Assembly: GCA_030141605.1 (NCBI GenBank)
Contig: JAQGDQ010001887.1
Location: 1 to 22,307 of the forward strand
DNA from: Tubiluchus corallicola
Lineage: Eukaryota > Animalia > Priapulida
DNA length: 22,307 bases
Direction of reading: 5' to 3'
The notes under the pieces are model-generated. The model had not been told where the DNA came from, ran no database searches, and worked only from the letters and a program-made list of their open reading frames with translations. Both the position numbers and the translations under genes were made by a program. This document shows positions 10,950-22,307 of this stretch, in pieces. Position 1 is the first letter of the stretch. Each line of letters starts with the position of its first letter.

Positions 10950-12110
10950 TCGACACCTATATTTACCAAATTTGATTGCATGCTCTATTATTTTGCCTAT
11001 TGCTGAGTCCAAGTTTGTTGATGTTAATTCTGCAGACAATTATCGTCACATTGCAATTGATCAGCATGATGAGCATGATAAGAATTTTTCAAAATATGAT
11101 GATGTAATGATGCTCAGTATGGTTTCAAAAAGGAACATGGTGCCGAATTAGCCGCCTTTTTCTGCAAAGAATTGATACATTATTACGTAGATATAACAGT
11201 CCTGTCTTTGCTTGCTTACTTGCTTACTGGTGCTAGCAAGGCTTTCGACAGTGTCGATCATAGTTTGCTATTTAAAAAAACTACAACCACGAGGGTTTCC
11301 TCGCTCTGTTATCGGTCCGTTGTCTTACTGGAAGAGCAACAAAGAACTAAGCATAAAGTGGGGACTGTCCCATTCAGAAGGTTTCACAGTTAAAAACGGT
11401 GTTAGACAAGGTGGTATTATATCCCCTCTTTTGTTCAACATCTATATTGACGAATTATCTGTAAAACTGTGTAGTTGAAAGGTTGTCGTATTGCAGATTG
11501 TTTATTGAATCATATTATTTATGCAGATGTTGTTAGCTCCCTCTATACCTGTATTATAAGAAATCTTAGATTGTTGCAATAATTTTGCTATCAGACATGG
11601 TACTTCAGCTATACGAAAAATACGTGAATGAAATTTCTCCTTCGTAGTCTAAATAACGTTGTTACAGGAACTGTGGCTTCACAGACACTGCCAGTTAGTC
11701 GACAAGAAAAATATTTAGGCCACGTTATTTATTCTGATTTATCTGATAACCCAGATACAAAAAATCAAACTCATCTATTCTATGTACGCATTAACTCATT
11801 AATTATAAAATTCTCGTTGTGTTCCCTCGATGTTAAATCACATCTTTTTAAGAGTTATTGTTGTATTTTTTATTATATGTCATTATGGACGAAACTTTGA
11901 ACAAAATACGCCTTGTGTGTAATAATGGTATCAGGAAGCTGTTTAAAATATTATAGTTATGATTGTAGTGATTCTGGCAAGTGTTGCAACATTAACGAAG
12001 CCACATTTTCACACTTTTGCAGGAAAGCCTGTTACAGTATAAGAAAACAATTACTAGAGCTTGTGAACAGTAAACATCTACTAGCTATTGACGTCAAATA
12101 AAATGTCAAT
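10950..12110 (+). pseudogene. Decayed non-LTR retrotransposon ORF2 reverse transcriptase (RTE-X/L2-like; clade not resolved)
   Basis: Colinear RT motifs across frameshifts and stops: DNYRHIAI (~11035), QYGFKKEHG (11115), ASKAFDSVDH (11232), GVRQGGIISPLLFNIYIDEL (~11398), NHIIYAD-V (11508, YADD damaged), EKYLGHVI (~11706). Boundaries are approximate. Confidence 0.92.
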
Positions 12111-13574
12111 CATTCTCAGTCAAACTTTGCTGACTGTCCAACCAGTTTGCATATTTTTCACACGCCCACAGAGCCTGTTCATTACCTCGTTTTTCGGAAC
12201 AAGAGCTCTAACTATGTGTTGTCGGTATATGTTATATTCTTATGAAAAATGCTTAACTTTTCATAAATTTGCCGGAGAGAAATCAACCTGTTTTAGATCT
12301 TATTACAGGTTGTCGATTATCTGTATTGTTGACTAAAACTATAGCTGAATTAGTGGAAATACGTAGTATAATTTCGTTTTTTGTAGGAAGAAATGCACAG
12401 CACTTGCGTCTATGCTTTTGCTATTAATAAAATACGCAGTTAAGTTCAATGTACGACCTTGCAAACTTGATAAAGACAAGTATTAACTTTAAAAACTTAA
12501 CGAAGTTAATTAAGCCGATCATATGACGCTGCTTTAATGATCACAAATGTAAAATGGCCTACTTGAACAGGGGTTTAAATGAAATTTATAACTTTATACT
12601 GAAGCCCGAGTTGGCAGGTATAAATGATTCAATGTTAACATGCATGTAAAAGTTACAGCATGAGTACTTCTAAGTAGGTTTGCGCAGGTTGTAGGAATGG
12701 CCAGTTAGCAATAGCTGAGGCCTAGCGGCAGAGTTGAACTCATCTACGGGAATACGTGACAACTGTCAAGATTATGTGGTAAGCGAGCACACTCATAGGA
12801 ATTAACATTTTCCTATGAAATGTTTTCTTTTCTAGTCAGTTTTTATAAACCTCAATAAGATCTTCACGGTCGTGACCACGAAATTAATTCAAATGTGGTC
12901 AAAATTTGTGTTATATATTAACGTAAAATTTGTATCCTGAAATAGTCAATTTTATGCTATTTTCCTGGCTATAATCATAATTAAAAGATGCCATTGGGAC
13001 TTATGACTTACGTAACTTGGACAAGATCGTTTACGGAATAAAATAATCAAATTTATTTCATTTCTGTAGTCTAACAAACAGTTGAAAAAATGCAAAAAGT
13101 GGATAAAAGCTTGCGAACGACCACATGATTAGTTAAAATTAGAAAAAATACGTCGCAGGTATGAAATGTTCGTATATTCAAAGGCAAAAGAGACTTTCCT
13201 AATTATATTTTGTTATCCATTTATTGTAAAACCAATGCTAGCTGGCTTAGTTTCTTGATTATACTTATGTCTCTGTATTTTGTAGTGCTTTGAAACTTAG
13301 TCGCTACATTCTGTTTAAATTGAAAAGGCATTTTTTGGTTTGGCTACTTGAAGTGTTAATTTCGTGTAAAAATAGCTGCAGCTCTGCAAATTTGTGTTTT
13401 TGAAAAAGTGCAATCAGTTTATCTGCTGATTAGACATTAATTGTGACTGTCATGTTGTTTAGTTTAGACAGTTGTTGTAATGCGTGAGCCATTGTCCCGA
13501 ATGCTGCTGAGCGTGCTTACGTCAATTGTCAACTCTGTACGAATCATACAATGTTGTTATTTTAAGATGTGGAT

Positions 13575-13759
13575 CGACAGTCTGTTTATAAATAAGAATC
13601 GTCAAACCTGATAGCTGCGAACGGTTTTTTTACTGAATGCGTAATGTGTAGTAGCGTTTTTATTGTAACTTCTAGTTTATTATTTTATTGTAGTGTGATG
13701 TAGTGTTTTTATGTTTTCTGTATGGCTTTATGCTGAAATAAATTAATCTAATCTAATTC

Positions 13760-13762
<3 letters not shown>
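13575..13762 (+). mobile_element. Probable second truncated LINE 3' end with an (ATCTA)n tail
   Basis: Degenerate frame RQSVYK*ESSNLIAANGFFTEC, a T-rich UTR, then TGTATGG...GCTGAAATAAA followed by TTAATCTAATCTAATTCTAA and (TC)n. This is a typical non-LTR 3' architecture. The 5' boundary is approximate. Confidence 0.55.
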
Positions 13763-13834
<72 letters not shown>

Positions 13835-13849
13835 TCCCTCTCCCTCTCT
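13763..13849. repeat. (TC)n-(CCTCTC)n microsatellite, mirror of 8454-8540
   Basis: Direct reading. Confidence 0.97.
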
Positions 13850-16094
13850 TGGTCTGCATGCTATGTCTGAAGCCAAGATAAAAATTTGAATTTGATATTT
13901 ATCAAAATCGCCGTAGCTTGTCGTCTATGGCAAAATCGATCTTGGTTGTCATGTCTGATTGAGACGGACGCTTGTATGATGCTGGAGTTGGGATTAGCGG
14001 CTACAGGAAATGCTGCATTATTATTCTGATTCGTGATTTACACAGTATAACCCTACGCTGTGCAAATGCCAAGGCAAATAATAAAATTACTGTTAGTGTG
14101 TGCCATCCCAGCTGGCTAGCAACTATACCAAAAGAAGAAAAAACTAAATAAGAAAGAAAATGTACATGGAAAGCGTGATCATGTCAATTAATTTATTTGT
14201 AATCCTAGTCAGGTTCTTTCAGATGACTCTTGGGTATGTTGTCTTGACAAATACGTTGTGGTTTTCATTTCAATTTTTCATACGAATTAAAGCTTGGAGT
14301 CAGATCAGTAGTTTTTTCGAAGTTGTCGATGGTCACTGATTAGCTCAGCGGAGGTCAGTTGAGCGCATTAACGTGCGTAATTTGTACTAAAGCAAGTGGC
14401 GTTTGTCTTTATTCTCAAGTCGAAACCAAAGCGGTTTTTTTCTGTTTTGTGGCTCTAAAGATAAAATTAAAACTACTAACAGAAAAATCTCACTACTTTA
14501 AAATTACTGCCAGCAGCAATGAAAAATCTTTGTAAGCTAATGTAAGCGTTTTGGCAAATAAATACAGGTATCCAAAATTTCCATTTCAGTGAAGTGATTC
14601 AACGTATTTTTGGCACAGAAAAGTTCTTGAAATTTTGAAAACGCCTCATGCTTTATTAGAGATACTGCTGACATTCGGCCAAAGTGAAGATTTGTTCCTG
14701 TAATGAGAATTCTAAACACGCATGGCGGGTAACGAATCAATCAAAACACGAAGCTAATCAGTTACAAATAGACTACGAGAGCGAGTTGGACACCTTTCGT
14801 CCACATCGTCTGCCACCCGGGTGCATTTTGTTTGGTTTCGATGATGCTTTTTATAACCTAGGTTTAACTGGTCATCAGCTGACCTTGGTCGTTGCTTAGA
14901 TAGTTTTGATAAGCAATAGAATTTATATCGTACTTATAACCTTTTTGATGCAGAAAACTTTCACTTACATTTTATTTTTTTTTGGGGGTGTCCGCTTGTA
15001 GGAGTGATAGACCATTTCTTGCTTCTGACGTAGCAATCACTGTCCACAGAAATTTCAAATATTTTCACAGCACCCTTCAATGACTTCTTTAACCCAGAAG
15101 TAGCAGATAAATACACTTATTTACCCAAGTTTAGATGATTTAAAACCTGTGATACACCAAAGTGTCCAGCGTCCAGTGCCTGTTCGTCAGCCAATAATAT
15201 ATTATTATTAATAATATATATATATATATTATATTATTCGGATTATACGAATAAATTATAAAAAAGAAATCATTTGAAAAAATAAATTTGATATCGTTCA
15301 TTTTGTTTTTCTGCGAAGAAAATGGAGATTGTGCGCCATACACTTTGTTATTAAATTACTGCCCAGGAAACGATAGACGCGGGACGCTAGAAGCCAGACG
15401 CCAGATACTAAACATTAGAAGCCAGACCCTGGACTTTGTCCAAATGTGTTAAAAGCAATACCAGTACAAATCTGTCCACAGTTTGTGCCATATTCATGCA
15501 CATCCTAGGTTCCCAAAGGTGACTGTACTCGGTGTTTATTAAATTTGTTATTCTGACGATAAGCCTCAGTTTGGTATCAGAAACGAAACTAACGAACTTT
15601 TTGTGTAAATTTGAAAAGAACTGCATGTAATACCACACTGTTTAGTTGCTTGATCATCTTTTTACTGTCACTGTCTTGCTTACTGGTTTGCTCATTTTTG
15701 TCCTTGCTGTTTCCTTCAGCGACAAAATTGATTGACGCTACTTAATCTTCGCTGCTTGGCTGCAATGTCTCCATGTAATGACAAATAGTCCTAGTTGATG
15801 GCGTTCACGAATAAAATTAGTCGACAAAATCTATTGATTTGAAGATATTGTAATTCTGCCGATATAAACAATGTTTATAAATGGCTTGTTAATGGATGTG
15901 ACTTTTTCGGCTTTTTACCAGCAAAGAACTCCATACAATGCTTCTTCACATGGGATTATTTTACCTCGATACTGTCTTCAAGTCCTGTAGTTTTATTGCC
16001 GACATAAAGTGGCTAACATCCCCATCAAAAGAAATCCGCGAAAAAAACGTGAGTCAGATTTCCTAGGAAATCGAAGAATTCAGTGCAGGTGACC

Positions 16095-16452
16095 ACTCTG
16101 CCTACTCATATTAAAAATGAAACCGAACTGAATTCTTTTAAGAGCAAATTAAAAATGTGGAACGGAGCACGTTGTACATGCCGTTCTTGTAATAATTCTT
16201 GCTAGTTAAGTTGTACATTCGTGCTGTGGTGTAGATTTTAACTTATATTTTTAAATTAGAAGCTATTTTATAATTTCATTAAGTCAGTCTCTTCTTAAGT
16301 GTACAGCATTTAATTTGGGTAATTAGTTTTTAACCGTAGCTGAATAGTTTTATTTTTTCCTCGGACATATAAGCTCTTGCCGCGTGTAGTTGTATGTTTT
16401 TAAAATCGACGTGAAATAAATGTTTATCTTACCTTATCTTATCTTATCTTAT
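16095..16452 (+). mobile_element. 5'-truncated CR1/L2-group LINE 3' end (ORF2 C-terminus, 3' UTR and simple-repeat tail)
   Basis: 16095-16205 translates to TLPTHIKNETELNSFKSKLKMWNGARCTCRSCNNSC*, resembling the LP..IK....L..FK..LK.W....C.C..C end of invertebrate CR1/L2-type ORF2. A T-rich UTR follows, then AATAAA at 16415-16420 and an (ATCTT)n tail. Confidence 0.8.
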
Positions 16453-16827
16453 CTCATCTCATCTCATCTCATCTCATCTCATCTCATCTCATCTCATCTC
16501 ATCTCATCTCATCTCATCTCATCTCATCTCATCTCATCTCATCTCATCTCATCTCATCTCATCTCATCTCATCTCATCTCATCTCATCTCATCTCATCTC
16601 ATCTCATCTCATCTCATCTCATCTCATCTCATCTCATCTCATCTCATCTCATCTCATCTCATCTCATCTCATCTCATCTCATCTCATCTCACCTCACCTC
16701 ACCTCACCTCACCTCACCTCACCTCACCTCACCTCACCTCACCTCACCTCACCCTAGCCTAGCCTAGCCTAGCCTAGCCTAGCCTAGCCTAGCCTAGCCT
16801 AGCCTAGCCTAGCCTAGCCTAGCCTAG

Positions 16828-16859
<32 letters not shown>

Positions 16860-16922
16860 TATCTTATCCTATCTTATCTTATCCTATCTTATCCTATCTT
16901 ATCTTATCTTATCTTATCTTAG
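16423..16922. repeat. Mirror compound microsatellite (CTTAT)4-(CTCAT)47-(CTCAC)13-(CCTAG)15-(CTTAT/CCTAT)n
   Basis: Units counted by hand; net one unit (5 bp) longer than the left copy, matching the 22303 to 22308 offset shift. Confidence 0.96.
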
Positions 16923-19205
16923 CATCGCTTTGAGAATGTATGCATCTTGTTCACTTACCTACCTCGGCCATTTCTAGGCCCATGCATGACCTTGCGGTCG
17001 CGGTATCGTGTTCACCCGCCGAACTTAAGAACGGCGCTGAGTTAGCCAGTTTATGTATGGATGAACCGGTTCCATTTTCGCTCTGTGTCGTTTCTTTCGC
17101 CGTACTGATTCTGGCTCTTTACCCCTTAGAGGGAGGGTGTGTACATATCCATACATGGCTGAGAGAGCTCTGCTGGTCCAGTGGCTTATATTAGAGGCAA
17201 CCTCGATAATGAGCCACATTGCGGTCGTGCCAGAACCATTTAGTTTGAGTAGAACCTGCCGTTAAATTAAAAAAAACTAAAATGGCAACAGTAGCAGAGC
17301 AAGCAGCAGGGAAAGAGAGACAGTAACCGCTAACGAAACTACTGCCACGCCACCAAACAGCACAAATAGCAACAGCAACAGGCCACACAGTTACAACGGC
17401 GGCAACAGCAGAAGTGATGGCAACAAGTCATCCCAGGGCGCACTATCCTTCCCAACGAAACAGTTTTAAAAGAAAAAGCGCAACACGTTTTGATTGTGTA
17501 TTCAGGACATCATGCAGTGAGATCTCTCTCGTTGCACTGTCATCCGTCATATCGACCGCAATGGCATTTGCACTGATGGGAATACTATTAGGCAGATTGG
17601 TTTAATACATTATCGAGTGATATGTCATGCACACGAGAGACAATCTAAGCAATCTCCAGCGTGCAGCTGAAGTATAAATGCACAGCGGCTTTGCTTCTAA
17701 TTAAATCTAGTCCATTCTCAGCCCTGGCGCTTTTACTGGAAGTTAACCGGTAAGCTAATAGAATATTCTAAGAAGGGGGTATTACAGTGCAGACTGATTC
17801 TCAGCTTCATCTCTTTATAGGATTGCAAAGTGACTTTCTGAACGGGCGGCTACAGCTACTTGCAGTTGAATGTAATTGAATTTTTTTCTATTTGTTGCCA
17901 TCATGTTGGCACAGATAACCGCACTATTGTAATTATGAAGCCAATGACGACTTTTATGTGCAAAACCACATAATTAGATAACGCTAGGGGTATGCAGACG
18001 AACGACCATGCGGTCATCAGAATCTGCCCCCTCCCCTCAGTTGCACAGCACTGCAGTTTAAGAGTTAAAAGAAAACCGGACGATTGTGTAGACATTAGTT
18101 CAAAATAAAGTATGTTCTAAAACATAAAAAATCGTTTTGAAATTTGTTACCACTTACATACTGCCTTTCTGCATATTAGACTTGCGTCGGTAATAACGCT
18201 GTATAAAACATGTAAATTTAAATTCACACGATGACCGTTAGACGGTCATTTTGACGACAGTTCATTTGAAATGACTTTAGATAACATTGTGTAAAGTTTG
18301 AAAAAATAATCAAGCATTCGTTGCGCACACGTCACTAACTAAATAAAATTTAAAATTACTGTATCTTGTCGCTGAGATTAAAATACGTTTTTGGTTAGCG
18401 AGTGGTGCACCCTGGAGGGTGAGTCAGCGACATTTTACCAATTGGTGAAAGCATTTCCAATAATTAATTTTTCTTCTAGTTACGTAAGTCTTTCAAGCAG
18501 GTAAGTGAAATGCTAAGTAATTTTGCAGGGAAAGTTTTTTGGGACATAGTTTAACATGTACTTTTCTTCCCCTGATTTACGTTTTACCTACATGACGTCA
18601 TGTAATGGCACGGTCGGAGCAGTATTGCGGGAGATTTAAAATGAAAACAAACGAAAATCCTTTCAACGCGAGTACATAAAATACGCATAAAATTGCTGCG
18701 AAGTAAGGCGATTTTTCTGAAACGTACTTCAGGTACCACTTTTCTTGCCTTTTAAAACTTTCAAAGCTATGAGCGGCTCAGCGAATCCACTAAGACTGGC
18801 AATGGCGCCTTTATGTCACATTCGCGTGGCCGACAAATAGGCGCTGTGCCATGATAAGCATGGTCATGACCTGCCGTGTTCGTTTGTGAAGCAATTTTCG
18901 CTTACACAAACGTGCTTGACGCGCAGGGTGGATGCCTACCATTGCACAAACTGTGGTTAGTTTGTGACATAAGCGATAGCTGTGTTCGTTTGCCGTTAAT
19001 TAACTTTCCAAGCTAATTATTCAATTACTCAACACTTAACCAGTGTTGGTTTTAATCATTATCACTGAATGATGAACTTCAGATGATTTTATTGTTTTCA
19101 CCTGTTTCTTAAATTGACAAATAAAGATTTTTAATAAGGAGGAAAATAGCGTTTGTAGTACTTTGTTATTTTAGAATAACTTTGCAAGTTATTTTCTCTG
19201 CATAT

Positions 19206-20501
19206 GCATGACAAAACGAGCTCTTCGTTATTGTACTTTTTGCATGACAAAACGAGCTCTTCGTTATTGTACTTTTTACATGACAAAATGAGCTCTTTGT
19301 TATTGTACTTTTTGCATGACAAAACGAGCTCTTCGTTATTGTACCTTTTGCATGACAAAACGAGCTCTTCGTTATTGTACTTTTTGCATGACAAAACGAG
19401 CTCTTCGTTATTGTACTTTTTGCATGACAAAACGAGCTCTTTGTTATTGTACTTTTTGCATGACAAAACGAGCTCTTCGTTATTGTACCTTTTGCATGAC
19501 AAAACGAGCTCTTCGTTATTGTACTTTTTGCATGACAAAACGAGCTCTTCGTTATTGTACTTTTTGCATGACAAAACGAGCTCTTTGTTATTGTACTTTT
19601 TGCATGACAAAACGAGCTCTTCGTTATTGTACCTTTTGCATGACAAAACGAGCTCTTCGTTATTGTACTTTTTGCATGACAAAACGAGCTCTTCGTTATT
19701 GTACTTTTTGCATGACAAAACGAGCTCTTTGTTATTGTACTTTTTGCATGACAAAACGAGCTCTTCGTTATTGTACCTTTTGCATGACAAAACGAGCTCT
19801 TCGTTATTGTACTTTTTGCATGACAAAACGAGCTCTTCGTTATTGTACTTTTTGCATGACAAAACGAGCTCTTTGTTATTGTACTTTTTGCATGACAAAA
19901 CGAGCTCTTCGTTATTGTACCTTTTGCATGACAAAACGAGCTCTTCGTTATTGTACTTTTTGCATGACAAAACGAGCTCTTCGTTATTGTACTTTTTGCA
20001 TGACAAAACGAGCTCTTTGTTATTGTACTTTTTGCATGACAAAACGAGCTCTTCGTTATTGTACCTTTTGCATGACAAAACGAGCTCTTCGTTATTGTAC
20101 TTTTTGCATGACAAAACGAGCTCTTCGTTATTGTACTTTTTGCATGACAAAACGAGCTCTTCGTTATTGTACTTTTTGCATGACAAAACGAGCTCTTCGT
20201 TATTGTACCTTTTGCATGACAAAACGAGCTCTTCGTTATTATACTTTTTGCATGACAAAACGAACTCTTCATTATTGCATTTTTTGCATGACAAAACGAG
20301 CTCTTCGTTATTGCACTTTTTGCATGACAAAACGAGCTCTTCGTTATTGTACCCTTTGAATGATAAAACGAGCTCTTCGTTATTGCACTTTTTGCATGAC
20401 AAAACGAGCTCTTCGTTATTGTACCCTTTGAATGATAAAACGAGCTCTTCGTTAATGCACTTTTTGCATGACAAAACGAGCTCTTCGTTATTGTGCTTTG
20501 T
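19206..20501. repeat. Mirror copy of the 36-bp satellite
   Basis: Reverse complement of 1807-3102; the ORF translations are identical. Confidence 0.97.
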
Positions 20502-21962
20502 CTTCTTTTGGCGGCGTTTAATGAAGCGCTTTTGGCTTTCCCAACAACAACGTTTTTTATGTTATTTAATTTTGCAACGCACAGTACAACTTTTTCATAT
20601 GAGGACATCTTTAAACCCTTTCTTTGTTTTTTTAACTAAAAAGTTCCATAATTGTTACAAATAATTACCACTTACGGGAGGAGTCGAGGAAATCAAGTAT
20701 ACCAAGGGGAACGACACGACGTAGGATTTTGTGAAAGGCTCCAGTGATCTGTACGAAGTCACTGAAAACCTTAAGTGCTTGCTGAATGCTAATGACAACA
20801 CACTAGAAATATTAGTGAGTCCTTGCTTTCCAGAGCCATTACCTGTTAAAATATTCATATCAATCCAACCACGACTGCCTGTACACAGCTTCACCGAGTT
20901 TTCTTTGTGAAAGCTAGCATACATTGTGCAGTGTTGTGGTTACCATGTTGACATACTATCATATATGTTTTGTGGATATTATAGTGCTGCAGGGTTCTGT
21001 ATACGTTCATTAAACAGAGTTATTGTAAGGTTACTGCACCATTATAATGGCGGACCTAAATATTGATTACTGCATTACTGCTTTTATGTTAGTATAGAAA
21101 CCCAACTTGTACTGTAACAAAAATATAATATTGCTTAAGTGCAATATTATACACGTATAAGATGATTTGCATGTAAGGTCGTTGTAAATATTGTCGCCAT
21201 ATTCCGTTTCATTGTGATCGTATGTCACGTACATGCAATGTCACCTTGTCAATGCTCACGCATACAATCATTGAATCAGTATTTATGTATCTTACAGACT
21301 ACAGATAATATCTAAACTCATTTCTACTAACTTGCATTTCTAGTTTTTTCAAACTTCGTTGAAAAAAGTTACATAAAATTATAACAGACCGGTCAACAAA
21401 GGAGACGAAGTAAATAGCAATGTGGGTTTCATATGCCATCTAGGTAACTGACATTAAACTTTCTTTTTTCTTGAATCACAACTAGTTTTAATTGGTTTTT
21501 AAATAGTTATGTAAATATGTGTGTTGCATTACGATTAACGTGATGTTTATGTATGTTGTAGGGTTCAATTGGTTTTAGATTATGTGTATTGGCTGTTATG
21601 TTGAAAAGTATGCTTTTATGTCTTTGTGTCGTTTGAATTTGTATTATGTATTTATATGCACTGCTGGTTGCTTGATATTATTCGTAATACGTGGATGAGT
21701 TTTATATTGAAATGTTTGTATTTGATGTCACTTTGTATTTTGTTTTTAACACTATTGCAAACATCAGTTGTTTTTTAACTTGTTTTGCATAATCATTTTA
21801 CTTGCATATATGATACCTGTGTATGTATAACAATGGCAATAAAGAATTTTATGTATAATTATATATATTTTATATTTCCATTTGCAAAGTTAAAACGTTT
21901 CTGTTAAAGCTATATTTCAGCGAAGAGATTCATATTGGTTTCTGTTCTGTGAATGTGCCTAG

Positions 21963-22307
21963 AACTTCTGTGTTTCTGCCTTGTGTGTTTTATTTGCTGT
22001 ACTTCTGTGTTTCTCCCTTGTGTGTTTTATTTGCTGTACTTCTGTGTTTTGTTTGCTGTACTTTTGTGTTTCTGCCTTGTGTGTTTTGTTTGCTGTACTT
22101 CTGTGTTTCTCCCTTGTGTGTTTTATTTGCTGTACTTCTGTGTTTTGTTTGCTGTACTTTTGTGTTTCTGCCTTGTGTGTTTTATTTGCTGTACTTCTGT
22201 GTTTTATTTGCTGTACTTCTGTGTTTCTTCCTTGTGTGTTTTATTTGCTGTACTTCTGTGTTTCTCCGTTGTGTGTTTTTTTGCTGTGCTTTTGTGTTTC
22301 TCCCTCG
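21963..22307. repeat. Mirror copy of the terminal 37/22-bp minisatellite
   Basis: Reverse complement of 1-345. Confidence 0.9.

Larger units (their letters stand above)
10341..11962. other. Unique 1622-bp spacer (loop) of the palindrome
   Basis: No mirror copy. The ORFs from 10730 to 11900 have no reverse-strand partner in the ORF track. Confidence 0.95.
11963..22307. repeat. Right arm of giant inverted repeat (original orientation, continuous with the spacer LINE)
   Basis: Begins TTGTAGTGATTCTGGCAAGT (reverse complement of 10321-10340) and ends ...TGTTTCTCCCTCG (reverse complement of the first bases of the window). Confidence 0.98.

Noticed and set aside
11172-11900. Active RT system (retron, DGR, group II intron) paired with the repeats
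   Set aside because: The motifs are of eukaryotic non-LTR type, with multiple frameshifts and stops and a damaged YADD. There is no template/variable repeat pair or msr-msd structure.
17014-17029. ACCCGCCGAACTTAAG, resembling the conserved 5' motif of 28S rRNA (mirror 5279-5294)
   Set aside because: Only 16 nt, and the downstream sequence does not continue as 28S rRNA (CATATC...).
1-22307. Linear virus, Polinton, linear plasmid or giant foldback transposon with 10-kb ITRs
   Set aside because: No polymerase, capsid, integrase or transposase is present. The arms are ordinary host repeat-rich DNA and the inner boundary cuts through a dead LINE.

Overview
AT-rich, repeat-rich eukaryotic (probably invertebrate) genomic DNA with no convincing intact protein-coding gene. 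The whole window is one giant inverted repeat. Bases 1-10340 are the reverse complement of 11963-22307, around a unique 1622-bp spacer (10341-11962), and the two ends mirror each other exactly. The only arm differences I found are single-unit changes in a compound pentanucleotide microsatellite. A decayed non-LTR (LINE) reverse transcriptase runs from the spacer into the right arm without a break, so the right arm is the original and the left arm is a fold-back copy, joined at an imperfect AT-rich microhomology. This is either a very recent fold-back duplication or, more likely, a self-priming library/amplification artefact. Each arm carries a terminal 37/22-bp minisatellite, a 36 x 36-bp satellite with a 144-bp higher-order period (source of all the long ORFs), two 5'-truncated LINE 3' ends whose tails run into microsatellites, and a few candidate small exons. 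The spacer also holds a MITE-like element with an 8-bp target-site duplication. I found no CRISPR array, rRNA, tRNA or viral gene.
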